Source of the DNA: Mobula hypostoma
Lineage: Eukaryota
DNA length: 64,000 nucleotides
Reading direction: 5' to 3'
Assembly (NCBI RefSeq): GCF_963921235.1
Contig: NC_086107.1
Location: 112,842,001 to 112,906,000, forward strand
How positions within the stretch are numbered: position 1 is the stretch's first letter; every line of letters starts with the position of its first letter. Below the pieces are notes generated by a model. That model did not search any database, was not told the origin of the DNA, and saw nothing but the letters and a program-made list of their open reading frames with translations. The translations under genes were made by a program, and so were the position numbers. Of this stretch, positions 1 through 13,247 are shown in pieces.

Positions 1-3000
1 CACTGTACAAACTATCTCATTAAATGCGAATCAAACCTCTTCTGAAGCAGGCTCAGGAACATAGAGCATCAGAGTCAGGTGTATTATTGAGTTATAGAGA
101 ACCACAGCACAGAAACAGACCCTTCAGCCCATCTAGTCTGTGGCAGACTGTTATACTGCCTCGTCTCATTGATCAGAACATGGACCATAGACCTCCATGC
201 CCCTCCAATGCATGTACTTAGTCACGCTTTAATTAAACATTGCAACCGAACCCACATCCACCACTTGTGCTGGCAGCTTGTTCCACACTTGCACCATCCT
301 GAGTGAGGAAGATCCCCCTCTGGTTCCCCTTAAATGTTTCACCTTTCACCCTTAACATATGGACTAGTTCGAGTCTCATCCAACACGGACTGAAAAAGCC
401 TGCTTGCATTTACCCTATCTATACCCCTCCATCAAATCTCTCCTCATTCGCCGATGTTCCAGGGAACAAAGTTCGAATCTACTGATGCTTTGCTGCACGC
501 TTGAGTGCTTAGTGGGGGAGTGCCGATTTTTGCTGGTTGTGGGGGGGGGGGGGAGAGGGGAGGACCGATACTTTGCTGCTGCTTATGTGTGGGAAGAAGG
601 GGCTGGGAGGAGCTTTGGGGAATCTAACATTTAACTATCATTCATTGTTTGGGGCACACCTCTGTTTTCGTGGATGTTTGCGAAGAAGAATTTCAGGATG
701 TATATTGCATACACTTCTCTGACATTAAATATACCTACTGAACTATTGAAACCTATTCAACCTTTCCCTACAACTCAGGTCCTCAAGTCCAGGCAATGTC
801 CCTGTAAATAATCTCTGCACTCCTTCAATCCCACTGCTAACCTTTCTGCAGGTAGGTGACCACAACTGCACATCGCACTCCAACTCCGGCCTAACCGATG
901 TCTCACACAACGTAACATCACTGACATATGTTGTGAAATCTGCTGTCTTGCAGCAGTACAGTGCAAGGTATAAAAATTACGATAAGCTGCAGCAAGTAGG
1001 CCATATAATCTCTTGAATTAGTATTACACACAGTATCATAGTTAATCTGATCTTTGGCTTCAATACTTTCCTCTCACCCTCATAACCACCAATTCTCCAA
1101 CAGTTCAAAACTTTCTCTCAACCTCAGCTAAAAATAAACTCAAGTGACTCATCACTTATCATTTTCTGATTCCAAAGACTGCCTTGAGTTTCAGAAAACA
1201 GATTCCTCCCCATCTCTGCCTTGTAATCAAATAATTTTTCTGAGACTACTCAGAAGCAGAGATGCTTACTAAGATGCATACCTTCTTCAGCACACATCTA
1301 ATTTTTATATGTATTTGATATTCAAAAAATACTTTATGCTAATTTATATTAAAAAAGGAAAAGTTTTATGCAAATTTTATATTCAAAAGAGTAAAAAATA
1401 TTTATTCCATTCCCCAGTATTCTCTTCACCCAGTGCAATCTCTGTTAACCATACCAGGATCAGCCACATCATGTCTGCTACTGTGTTCCAACCCAACCTC
1501 AGAACAAGGCAGTCTATTGAAGTGGGCAATATCTTACCATTTTGAAAATGTGCAAGACTAATTCAGTTAGTTTGGTGACAATCTGCAAGTTGGTAGTTTT
1601 ACACAGAGGTCAACATACCCCCCACTCAGAGGCTGACATCTCATTTCACCTGGAATGCAAGCCTCAATGTCCGATTGCAGGGACCTCAATATTTCAGGCA
1701 GGATGTAAAGCAAACACCCATAGATGAAGAACAAGCATCTAACCCACTGCACATTTTGGTTTCAATTTATGAAACTGTCCCTAGGGAAGCAGAATTTTTG
1801 ATTGAGAATATTGGAAAAGAAATGTGGGGCATGTGGCTCCAAACGATGGATGTTGAAGGGTCTTGTCCCAAAAGGTCGACTGTTTATTCTTTTCTACAGA
1901 CGCTGCCTAACCTGCATCTTATGTGGCCTGCTGAGTTCCTCCAGAATTTTGTGAGTTGCCCTACTGCTCTACTTCACCATTCCCATTTCCCGCTCTCACC
2001 TTATCTCCTTACCTACCCATCACCTCCCTCTGGTGCTCCTTCCCCCTTCCCTTTCTTCCACAGCCTTCTGTCCTCTATCGGATTCCCCCTTCTCCAGTCC
2101 TTTATCTCTTTCATCAATCGACTTCTCAGCTCTTTACTTCACCCTTGCCCCTCTCTCGGTTTCACCTATCGCCTACTACCTTGTAGTTCTTCCTCCCCTC
2201 CCTCCACCTTCTTACACAGACTTATCTCTTTTTTCAGTCCTGAAGAAGGGTCTCAGCCCGGAAGGTCGACTGTTTACTCTTTCCCACAGATGCTGCCTGG
2301 CCTCTTGTGTTCCTCCAGCATTTTGTGTGAGTGTTGCTATGACACATGATCTTGTTCTATTTTCCTTAACATCTGCCGGACGATGCTGAGGATGTTCTAC
2401 AAGTCTGTGGTGGCCAGTGCGATCATGTTTGCTGTTGTGTGCTGGGACAGCAGGCTGAGGGTAGCAGACACCAACAGAATCAACAAACTCATTCACAAGG
2501 CCAGTGATGTTGTGGGGATGGAACTGGACTCCCTGACGGTGGTGTCTGAAAAAGAGGATGCTGTCCAAATTGCACGCCATTTTGGACAATGTCTCCCCTC
2601 CACTACATAATGTACTGGGTGGGCACAGGAGTACATTCAGCCAGAGACTCATTCCACCGAGATGCAACACAGAGCGTCACAGGAAGTCATTCCTGCCTGT
2701 GGCCATCAAACTTTACAACTCCTCCCTTGGAGGGTCAGACACCCTGAGCCAATAGGCTGGTCCTGGACTTATTTCCTGGCATAATTTACATATTACTATT
2801 TAACTATTTATAGTTTTATTACTATTTAATTATTTATGGTGCAACTGTAACAGAAACCAATTTTCCCCGGGATCAATAAAGTATGGCTATGACTAAGAAG
2901 TGAGTGGAAAATAAACCTTCAGTAAGCATTTTATCCTCCAAGTGGACCAAATTGTTATGATTTGGAGGCTTGTATGCTTCAATGACATGGAGAGCTATGT

Positions 3001-4144
3001 TGGCTGGAGTCACGGCTTTATCCTTTGGCTCTTGGTGGGGTCACCTACGCCAAACAGGTCAAAGGGTAGAGGCCAGACTAAGAGTGGAGCATCCATCCTC
3101 CAGTTTTGGGGGTTCAGCTCAGGGTCAACAACCCTGACTGAGAAAATAAATTGGTTGAAGAAACAGCAATGAAGAATCCTTCCACATCTGAGTCTCCACC
3201 CCAGACTTGCATGACTGACAGTGGTGAAAACAGAGAGGAAGTTACTGGTATAATGAATGAAACCCTGAGCATCCCCAGAGATGGAGGACCTTCACTGCTG
3301 CCCTAAACGACAGCAGCATAACCAGTAGTAAGTAAGCATCTTATTCCTCCATAAGGAATGATGAAAAGGTGATCCTGATTAAATTGCAATCATGATCCCT
3401 GCCACATTACAGAAGTATTTTACATTGCCCATTTCTTCCCTCACCAGCCCATCCATCATTTGTCCTACTGAAAGACTTTCACTGGGACAGCACATCCTCT
3501 GACAGGCTGCCAAAGAGGCCAGGTGCAAGTCTATTTGTGAGTTTCTTGTGCTACGTGGAGTGTACGGCACAGCAAAAGGCAATTCAGCTATAGATGTTGC
3601 TGACATTCATATTCTATTCCAACTTCCTGCAATATTTTCACATTTATCACTACAGTCCTCTACTCCCTTTTCCTGTTTCCCTTTAGATGTGTCTATTCAA
3701 TCGCAACCTTTCTTTGCGATAGCAAATCCCACCACTCCTTAGATAAATAACTCCCCATATGGCTTCCAAATGAATATTTTATCCTGAGGCTCTGGCTTGC
3801 TCCATCCCACAGTGGAAATATCCTCTGATTTCAAAAAGAAACATTGCAATTCCAAATAATTTTGAAAAGGCATATGTGGACAGCTATTACAAAACAGGCA
3901 CACTGATAGGCAACCATCCTTTGAATACTTGTTCTTCTCCTTTCTCAAAGGTCTCTGTATCCTTTCCTTTATATAGTAGCCAATGCTGCACACAGCATTT
4001 CAAGTGCCATCTATTTCATGCTTGATGTAAATTTAGCACAACTTCAGTAGGGTTTCTGGCTCTATGCTACTAGTAATAAATGTAGAGAAGTTGGTTTGCT
4101 TTCTACGTCCTGTGCCAATAACCTGATCAGTCCATACTTTTAAG

Positions 4145-4740
4145 ACCATAAGGTACAGGAGCAGAATTAGACCATATGGCCCATCGAGTCTGCTCCACCA
4201 TTTCATCATAGCTGATCTATTTTCCCTCTCAGGCCCAATCTCCTGCCTGCTCCCCATATCCCTTCATGCCCTGACTAATCAAGAGACTATCAACCTCTCC
4301 CTTAAATATACTCAATGACTTAGCCTCCACAGCCACCTGTGGCAATGAATTCCACAAATTCACCACTCTCCAGCTAGAGAAATTCTTCCTCATCTCTGTT
4401 CTAAAGGGACAACCCTCTATTCTGAGGCTGTATCCCCTGGTCTTAGACTCCCCCTCAGAATAGAAGATCGTCCCTTTAGAACAGAGAATATACTTCGATT
4501 GTGCCTGAGGTATTAAACATTTCAGGTTATTTGGACTTTATAGACAACCTTCCCACATCCACTCTATCAAGGCCTTTCAACATTCAATAGATCTCAATGA
4601 GATCAACCCTTATTCTTCTGAATTCCAGTGAGAATAGGCCCAGAGACATCAAACATTCCTCAAATGACAAGCTTTTCAATCCCAGAATCATTTTCATGCA
4701 CCTCCTTTGAGCCGTCTCCAACGACAGCATATCCTTTCCA
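4145..4740 (-). mobile_element. CR1 3' fragment
   Basis: Similar by eye to 58025-58712. Further minus-strand CR1 pieces at about 90-900, 10130-10640, 38752-39140 and 45808-46835. Confidence 0.8.
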
Positions 4741-5329
4741 AACTTTTGTTTATATTTTCCATGTACTGTACATTTTATTTTTTAAAACCATGAAAATGTG
4801 ATGTATAATTGGTATTCAAATTCATTTGCCAGTGAGCTGTCCATTGTTGTTGGTTTGTACTCCATCCTAGAGCTAATAATGACCAACTGCATCACCCTAT
4901 GCATACAGTTCAGTGAAATCCAAAAATATTCTTGACAAGTCTAACCTTTAAATAAATCAATTATATGAAGCTGACTTTCAGTTCTGTTTAATGCAGCAGA
5001 AGCAGCTGCACTCTAGTGAGAAGGCAAAGCAGAGAAGCAATCTACTCACTGGCATTGATATCATCGCTATTAAACAAATATATTTTGGTCCATTACTGGC
5101 TTAGTTCAGGAATGTTTACTACCAAGGTGAAGCCACCCTCAGGGTATATTCTGTCAGGGTAGTCTCCAACCTGATGGCATTATTATCGATTTCACCTTCT
5201 CGTAAAAAACCTTTTCCCTTCCCCTCCCCCTCTTCTATTCCCCACTCTCTGGCCTTTTACCTCTTCTCACTTGCCTATCATTTCCCCCTGGTCATCTCCT
5301 CCTTCCTATTCTCCTATGCCCTCAAGCTT

Positions 5330-5912
5330 GTCATAGTCATAGTCATACTTTATTGATCCCAGGGGAAATTGGTTTTCATTACAGTTGCACCATAAATAAT
5401 AAATAGTAATAAAAACATAAATAGTTAAATAGTAATATGTAAATTATGCCAGTAAATTATGAAATAAGTCCAGGACCAGCCTATTGGCTCAGGGTGTCTG
5501 ACCCTCCAAGGGAGGAGTTGTAAAGTTTGATGGCCACAGGTAGGAGTGACTTCCTATGACGCTCTGTGTTGCATCTCGGTGGAATGAGTCTCTGGCTGAA
5601 TGTACTCCTGTGCCCACCCAGTACATTATGTAGTGGATGGGAGACATTGTCCAAGATGGCATGCAACTTGGACAGCATCCTCTTTTCAGACACCACCGAC
5701 GGAGAGTCCAGTTCCATCCCCACAACATCACTGGCCTCTGTTGGCATCTGCTACCCTCAGCCTGCTGCCCCAGCACACAACAGCAAACATGATAACACTG
5801 GCCACCACAGACTTGTAGAACATCCTCAGCATCGTCCGGCAGATGTTGAAGGACCTCAGTCTCCTCAGGAAATAGAGACGGCTCTGACCCTTCTTGTAGA
5901 CAGCCTCAGTGT
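5330..5912 (-). mobile_element. Young Rex1-type LINE 3' fragment with (ATGACT)n tail
   Basis: KKGQSRLYFLRRLRSFNI...LPVAIKLYNSS. Near-identical copies at about 2367-2895 (+), 14220-14446 (+), 19955-20105 (-), 48538-48780 (+) and 56520-56980 (-). Confidence 0.85.
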
Positions 5913-6333
5913 CCTCAAGTCCTCCTTCCCCTTCTCCCCCCACCCCGGTTCACCTATCACCTTCTAGCTAGCCTCCTTCCCTTTCCTCTCCACCTCCTTT
6001 TCCTTCACACTTCCTTCTCGTTCCTGATGAAGGGTCTCAGCCCAAAACGTCGACTGTTTATTCATTTCCATAGATGCTGCCTGCCCTGCTGAGCTTCTCC
6101 AGTGCTTTGTCTGCGTTGCTCAGTGTTACACAAAAATTGGGCATATATGATTTTTTTTTAAAAATCAAGATACAAAGTTTGGTCTATAAAATCCAAATAA
6201 CCTGAAATGTTTAATACCTCAGGCACAATTCTCTTGTTAAAGTTTACCACCAACACCAAAAACTTATAGGTCCAATCAGTAGTTACAAGTTCCTTTTGAA
6301 AACTACATGTAACTTTTAAGAATATTGCATGTA

Positions 6334-7393
6334 CAGTGCCTTGTAAAAGTATTCAACCCCCAATCCTTTGGTTGTAATACTCATTTATGTGACAAGGGAT
6401 TTTGATCAATTTAACTGAGAATTTTTATTTGTGAATCACGTTCCGTTTTTCACAGTAGAGCCCCAAAAAACTGGGAAAATTGTAAAGCATGACAAATTAA
6501 AAATTCAAAATCTGAAATGTCAGAAGTTCAAAAGTATTCATCCTCCTTTCCTCAGTACTTAGTTGAACTACCTCTTACAGCTATTACAGCCAGTTGTCTT
6601 TTTGGACAAGTCTCTGTTAGCTTCGCTAGATTTGCCCATCTCTCCTTGCAAAATTGCTCAAGCGGCAGTGGACAGCAAACTTGCGGTCTTGCCAGGGATG
6701 TTCAATTGGGTTAAGGTCAGGACCTCAACTGGGCCACTCAAGGATATTAATTTTCTTCATTTGAAGCCACTCTATGGTTGCTCTGGCAGTGTGCTTTGGG
6801 TCGTTAATCTGCTGAAAGACGAACTCTATTACCATTTGCCTGATTTGTCTTGAATGTTCTTTCCTCTTTATTTTGGTTTGGCCTGTTGAAAATCTACCAT
6901 ACTGTCAGACCTTGCAGAGAGAGGGGGTATTTATTCAGGTGATCCTCCAAATTTCTACATCAACAAATCGGGCGAGTTGGCAAGGTAGTGTACGGTATTG
7001 AACCTGAGGAAAATTAGCGTAGTAATTACAAAAGGGATGAATACTTTTTCAGCCTGACAATTTTGGTTTTTAATTTTGAACACATTGTTGATGTTTTGAT
7101 TTGAAATGATGCACAATGTTTTGCCAGTGGTGTAGCAGCATCCGCACCGAACTTCAAGGCGAGTGGTCCCGGGTTCGAATCCGACCAGCTCCTTGCAACT
7201 TTTCATCCGTGCCGGGTTGAGCGCCGAGCTAGCAACTTAGTCTCGTTAAAAAACAGACAAAAATGGTAAATGGCAAGGTTGCTGCCCGATGTGCCAGAAG
7301 GCGTGGAGAGGGATAACAATGTGTTGCAAATTAGCTCAAAATAATTTTTAATGTAGAAAATAAGTAAAATGTGAATACCTTTTCAATGCACTG
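6334..7393 (-). mobile_element. Internally deleted Tc1-like DNA transposon
   Basis: TA-flanked TIRs CAGTGCCTTGTAAAAGTATTCA / TGAATACCTTTTCAATGCACTG, inner repeats near 6530 and 7035, and minus-strand remnant ILEWPS*GPDLNPIEH at about 6697-6750. Confidence 0.88.
7120..7315 (+). mobile_element. tRNA-derived SINE nested in the Tc1-like element
   Basis: TGGTGTAGCAG A box, GGTTCGAATCC B box, probable TSD acaatgt. Confidence 0.75.
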
Positions 7394-7641
7394 TATAAAA
7401 GTATGACATTTATATAGTTGAAATTTAATACCATCATGTTCTATGGTGAAAACTTTGAAACATTTTCCAGATTTTATTCACGGGGACATGCAAGAGAACC
7501 TTCATCCACCAGGCTTTGGGAAGGACCCAGTCGGAACAGTAAACAAGCTTTTACAAAATGATCAGTTAACAGGAATCAATTTGCACAAAAGGAGGGAATG
7601 CTTCAATGATGAAAAGATGGAGCGCCCCCATGATCACTTAC

Positions 7642-7743
7642 CCGGCTCAGCCTGGAAACAGCCAACGAGACACACGTCTTGAATTCATCTGGGTTCTTCT
7701 TGCTCAGACAAGTGATAAGACTGGTAGCAGCTGTCACTACACC
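7642..7743 (-). CDS. AP2A1: AP-2 alpha coding exon 6 ([34 protein letters not shown])
   Basis: ttgcag acceptor, gtaagt donor, 102 bp. TCL..KKNPD.FKTCVS is closer to AP2A1 than AP2A2; the paralog call is less certain than the family call. Confidence 0.93.
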
Positions 7744-7988
7744 CTGCAAGGAATGCAAAGAATGAACAAAGGTTTCTGTGAAACAGGTTCAATGCATGTA
7801 GATGCTCCAAGATTTGGAGAGTTAACTTGTGTTTGGACCAGCAAGCTTTGGCCTAGCGCACAATATTTCTTGGTCGAAGTCAATCCAAATGGGAGCAGAA
7901 CTTGGCCACTTGGTCCACTGAGTGTGCAGCACCATTCCATTATGGTTGATTTATTGCTCCTCTCCCAAAATTAGCAGCTCTTTAGCAT

Positions 7989-8669
7989 CGCAAACACGAG
8001 GAAATTTGCAGATGCTGGAAAGTCAAGCAACACACATCAAAGTTGCTGGTGAATGCAGCAGGCCAGGCAGCATCCCTAGGAAGAGGTACAGTTGACGTTT
8101 CGGGCCAAGACCCTCCGTCCGCCAGAGAAAGCAGGATCTCCCAGTGGCCACACGTTTTAATTCCACGTCCCATTCTGACATGTCTATCCATGGCCTCCTC
8201 TACTGTAAAGATGAAGCCACACTCAGTTTGGAGGAACAACACCTTATATTCCGTCTGGGTAGCCTCCAACCTGATGGCATGAACATTGACTTCTCAAACT
8301 TCCGCTAATGCCCCACTTCCCCCCGTACCCCATCTGTTATTTATATACACATTCTTTCTTTTTCTCCCTCTGCCCCTCACTATACCCCTTGCCCATCCTC
8401 TGGGTTTTCCCCCACTCCCTGGGCCTCCTGTCCCATGATCCTCTCATATTCCTTTTGCCAATCACCTGTCCAGCTCTTGGCTCCATCCCTCCCCCTCCTG
8501 TCTTCTCCTATCGTTTTAGATTTCCCCTTCCCCCTCCCACTTTCAAATCTCTTACTAGCTCTTCTTTCAGTTAGTCCTGACGAAGGATCTCGGCCCGAAA
8601 CATCGACTGTACCTCTTCCTAGAGATGCTGCCTGGCCTGCTGCGTTCACCAGCAACTTTGATGTGTGTT
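7989..8669 (+). mobile_element. Truncated Penelope-like element: inverted terminal copy, GIY-YIG C-terminal remnant, 3' terminus
   Basis: Encodes LPVATRFNSTSHSDMSIHGLLYCKDEATLSLEEQHLIFRLGSLQPDGMNIDFSNFR* (about 8138-8308). TSD gcagctctttagcat at 7974-7988 and 8670-8684. Confidence 0.85.
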
Positions 8670-9624
8670 GCAGCTCTTTAGCATATTGTTTGTTCCTGAG
8701 TGTCACATTAAACCCCATTTTTTTCTATTCCAGTTATTCAGGAAGCAACTGAATGATTGCATGATACTATTTTATCAGGCAGTTTGAAGTCTTGGTCAAA
8801 CTTCAACCAAATGCCCTATGAGAGATGTTAACAAAGGAAAACTCATTATAATACTCTTGCAAATTTCTACAGATGTACCATGGAGATCATTCGACTGGTT
8901 GCATCACTGTCTGGTATGGAGGTGCCATTGGACAGGATCAGAAAAAGCTGCAGAAAGTTGTAAACCCAGCCAGCTCCACCACAGGCGCGAGCCTCCCCAG
9001 CATCGAGGGCATTTTCAAAAAGGTGCTGCCTCAAAAAGGCAGCATCTGTCATTAAGGACATTCCTTCTTCCCATTGCTACCATCAAGGTGGTGGTCCAGG
9101 AGCCTGACAACACACTCAACATTTTCGGAACAGTTTCTTCACCACCACCATCAGATTTCAAAGATTTAATGTACATTTACGCAGTATACAACCCCGGGAT
9201 TCATCTTCCACAGACAACCACAAAGAACACCATGAATAGGCAATGAACCCATGTACACTACATTGCTCTTTCTGCACCAATTTAGTATTACAATTTATAA
9301 TTTTAGAATATACCAGTGATATTAAACTCAATTCTGATTTTGCCTGCAGAACAATGTTATCCCTTCGATGCAAGTGATACCAAAAGAATTGCAACTTAGA
9401 AAAGGTCAATATTCATTTAATTTTTCTCCGTCAGTATTTCCTCAATTTAAGCAGAGAAAAACTATTTAATTATGGAATTTCACTTTATGACACCACTATG
9501 GTCAACCAAAATTCCAATGACAAACGTGCATCTGAATCCAGAGAAAATATTCCTTAATGCTTTTAGAACATGGTCACAAGAGGTAACCAAAGACTAAATT
9601 ATTGTCACATACACCAACTTGTTT

Positions 9625-9825
9625 GTGTTATTCCTCTTGGCTCCTTGTGGCACATTGGGCAGCCATTTCTTTAGCATTTTGTCCTTTTTTTTTTAAACGA
9701 GGCCGTGTTGCTAGCTCGAAACTCAGCACAGCACAGATGGAAATCATGCAAGGAGCCAGCCGAATTCAAACCCAGGACCGCTCGCCTTGAAGTCTAATGC
9801 TGATGCCACTACACTACCGGCTGAC
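9625..9825 (-). mobile_element. tRNA-derived SINE (same head and tail as the 7120 copy)
   Basis: The reverse complement aligns by eye to 7120-7315. Confidence 0.7.
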
Positions 9826-11279
9826 TTATACATCACGGTGCAATGAAATTCCTTGTTTGTGTGAAGCTCACAAAGATAACACAAAACACGGCAATAACAA
9901 ACACAATTATGAGTACCGATTAGCAGAAGGCTGCAAAGATTGTAGTGCAGTCTGAAGTAGTGCAAATCAAAAATTGTCGAAATGACAACAGTGGAATAAC
10001 AGAGGTAGGGTTGAGAGAACGAGAATGTGGCAGCACCATCAGGAAGTGGGTGTGAAAGACGTTCAGGAGTCTGATAGCTGTGGGAAAGCAACTATTCTAG
10101 ATTTCTAGGCTTTCTTGCAGAAAGCAGACCGTAAGACATAGGAGCAGATTTAGGCCACTCAGCCCAGAGTCTGCTCCACCATTCCATCAGGGCTGATTTA
10201 TTATCCCTTCTCAAACCTATTCTTCTGCCTTCTCCCCATAACCTTTAAAACCCCGAATAAACAGGAACCTATCCACCTCCACTTCAAATATACTCAATGA
10301 CTTGGCCTCCACAACTATCCGTGGTAATGAATTCCACACATTCACCACCCTCTGGCTAAAGAAATTCCTCTTCATCTCTAAATGGATGTTCTACATGAAT
10401 ATCCCTCTATTCTGAGGCTGTGCCCTCTGGTCCTAGATTTACCCATTATAGGAAACATCCTCTCCATATTCACTCTAACTCGGCCTTTCAATATTCGATA
10501 GGTTTCAATGCGAGCCCCCCACCCCCGCCATTCTTCTAAACTCCAGCAAGTACAGGTACAGAGCCAAACTCTTCTCATATGTTAACCCTTTCATTCCTGG
10601 AATCATTCCCATGAATTTCCTCTGGACCCTCTCCAATACCAGCACACAGAAGAGAGAAAAAGAGAATGTCCAGGATGGTAGTTGTCCTTGACAATATTAC
10701 TAGCTTTCCCGAGCAATGCACTGTGAAGATGAAGTAGGTGGAATGAAGCAATGAGCCCATGATGGACTGGGCCGTGTTTACTACATGCTCACATCAGGCT
10801 GGGACATAACCCATCAGAAAACTTTCTACAGCATGTCTCTAGAAGCTCCACAGAATTGTCACTGACATGCCAAGCATTCTCAGACACCCAAGGAAATAAG
10901 TATGTCAACCCATTAGTGTGAAGGGACCAGGTGAGGTTGATGGCAACATCTATGCCAAGCAAACTGAAGCTGTTGGCCATTTCTACAGTAGCTCTGTTGA
11001 TGAGGAAGTGGCTTTATTCGCACCCAGCTTCCTTAGGTCAACCACCGACTCTTTCACCTTGCTGATGTTAAGGGTTAGGATACTGTTCCAACACCATCAT
11101 CATCTCTACAACACTCCATTACTAAATGACAATAAACGAGGACCGAGTGTCCTCATAATCTAATCTAATCTCGGTTGAAAAGGACAAGGTTTTATTCACC
11201 AGTCCACTTCCTTATGTCAACAACTGACTCTTTCAACCCATGACATGAGGCTGCAAAACAAGAGCCCATGATTTTACAG

Positions 11280-12880
11280 CAAAGGTACCGACGTGGATAG
11301 AAGATCGGCTGACTGGCAGGAGGCAAAGAGTGGGAATAAAGGGGCCCTCTCTGCTTGGCTGCTGGTGACTAGTGGTATTCTGCAAGGGTCAGTATTGGGA
11401 CCGCCTCCTTTTCATGTTATATGTCAATGATTTTAATGACAGAATTAATGGCTTTATGGCCGATCTTATGGATTGTACGAAGATAGGCAGAAGGGCTGGT
11501 AGAGCTGAGGAAGCAAAGAGTCTGCAGATGGACTTACACAAAATAGGAGAATGGTCAAAGAAATAGTAGCTGGAATACAGTGTCGGGAAGTGTGTGGTCA
11601 TGCACTTTAGTAGAAGAAATAAAGGCACAGGGAGAAAATTTGGAAATAAGAGTTGCAAAGGGACTTGGGACTACTTGTGCAGGACTCCTGAAAGGTTAAC
11701 TTGTAGGCTGAGTCAGTAGTAAGGAAGGCAAATGCATTGTTAGCATTCATTTCAAGGGGACTAGAACATAAAAGCAAGGATGCAAGGTTGAGAATAAAGC
11801 ACTGGTGAGGCCTCACTTGGAGTATTGTAAGCAGTTCTGGGCCACTTGTCTAAGAAAGGATATACTGAAACTGGAGAGGTTTCAGTGAAGGTTCACAAAA
11901 ATGATTCCACGATTGAACGCCTTGGCATATGAAGAATGTTTGATGGCTCTGGGCCTGTATTCATTAGAATTCAGAAGGATGAAGGCTGACCTCATTGAAA
12001 CTTATCAAATGGTGAAAGGCCTTGATATAGCAGATGTGGAGAGGATGTTTCCTATTGTGGAAGAGTCTAACACCAGAGGACACAGCCTCAGAATAGAGGG
12101 GCATCCTTTTAGAACAGAGATGCGGAGGAATATCTTTTGCCAGAGGGTGGTGACTCTGTGGAATTCATTGTCACAGGTGGCTATGGAGGCCAAGTCATTG
12201 GGTATATAAAAGGAAGGGGTTAATAGGTTCTTGATTAGTCAAGGCATGAAGGGATATGGGAAGAAGGCAAGAGATTGGGGCTGAAAGGAAAAAAGGATCG
12301 CCGTGATGAAATGGTGGAGTAGACTCAATGGGCCAAATGGGCAAATTCTGTTCCTATGTCTCATGGATGTAATGCTGAGGCTTTACAAGTCATTTGTCAG
12401 GCTGCACTTAAGAATATTGAGAGTAGTTTTGGATCATTTATCTAAGGAAAGATGTACTGGCATTGGAGACGGTCAGTGTAAGTTCACAAGCATGACCCTA
12501 GGAACAAAAGAGTGAACATTTGAGGTGCATTTGATAGCCCTGACCTGTACTCACTGGAGTTTAGAAGAATGGTGGGGGAGGAGGAAGGAAGGGGAATCTC
12601 ATTAAAACCTATTATATATTGAAAGGCCTAGACAGAGTCGATGTTTCCTATATTGGGTGAGACTAGGACCAGAGCCCTTTAGAGCAGAGATGAGGAGGAA
12701 TTTCTTTAGACAAAGGGTGGTGAATCTGTGGAATTCATTGTCACAGGTGGCTATGGAGGCCAAGTCACTGGGTATACTTAAAGCGGAGGTTGATAGGTTC
12801 TGATTAGTAAGGGCGTCAAAGGTTCAGGAGAATGGAGTTAGAAGGATAATAAATCAGCTCTAATGGAAGGGCAGTCTTAT
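11280..12880 (+). mobile_element. Two tandem degenerate CR1 3' fragments
   Basis: ORFs 11372-11566 and 11901-12209 (LGLYSLEFRRM..DLIETY). The second copy begins near 12366. Confidence 0.85.
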
Positions 12881-13167
12881 GATCATAAGGTTTCCTGTAC
12901 TCCATCTCATCATTATTGTTGATGCGGCCAATAACTATGGTTTCATTGGCAAACTTGCAGATCAAGTTTGCACTGTACCTGGCCTTACAGTCAAGTATAT
13001 ATAAAAGGAACACTCCACTGCAGCTTGTGGCATTACTTTATGATAAATAGAATAGAACTGCAACAGATCTAGCAGCTCAAATCTCGACATCCATGAGCCT
13101 TTAAAGCCCATCAACACCAAGCGAAATGCAATCCACAACCTGAAATTCCAAAAGTCTATTGTTAGGG

Positions 13168-13247
13168 CAGGAGATCCCAACCTGAGGTCCATAGACCCCT
13201 TGCTTAATGGTATTGGTCCATGGCATAAAAAAGGTTGGGATCCCCTG
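13168..13247. mobile_element. 80-bp hAT-type MITE
   Basis: TIRs CAGGAGATCCCAACCT / AGGTTGGGATCCCCTG with an exact 8-bp TSD tgttaggg (13160-13167, 13248-13255). Related decayed copies near 20998, 28196 and 38672. Confidence 0.85.

Noticed and set aside
1675..2349. 224-aa ORF
   Set aside because: Mostly the pyrimidine-rich Penelope-like 3' region; no protein signature.
7123..7200. tRNA gene
   Set aside because: A and B boxes are present, but I could not build a convincing cloverleaf and the sequence runs straight into a multi-copy SINE core.
1..7600. AP2A1 exon 7 ([22 protein letters not shown]-like)
   Set aside because: Not found by eye on the minus strand; presumed to lie left of the window.
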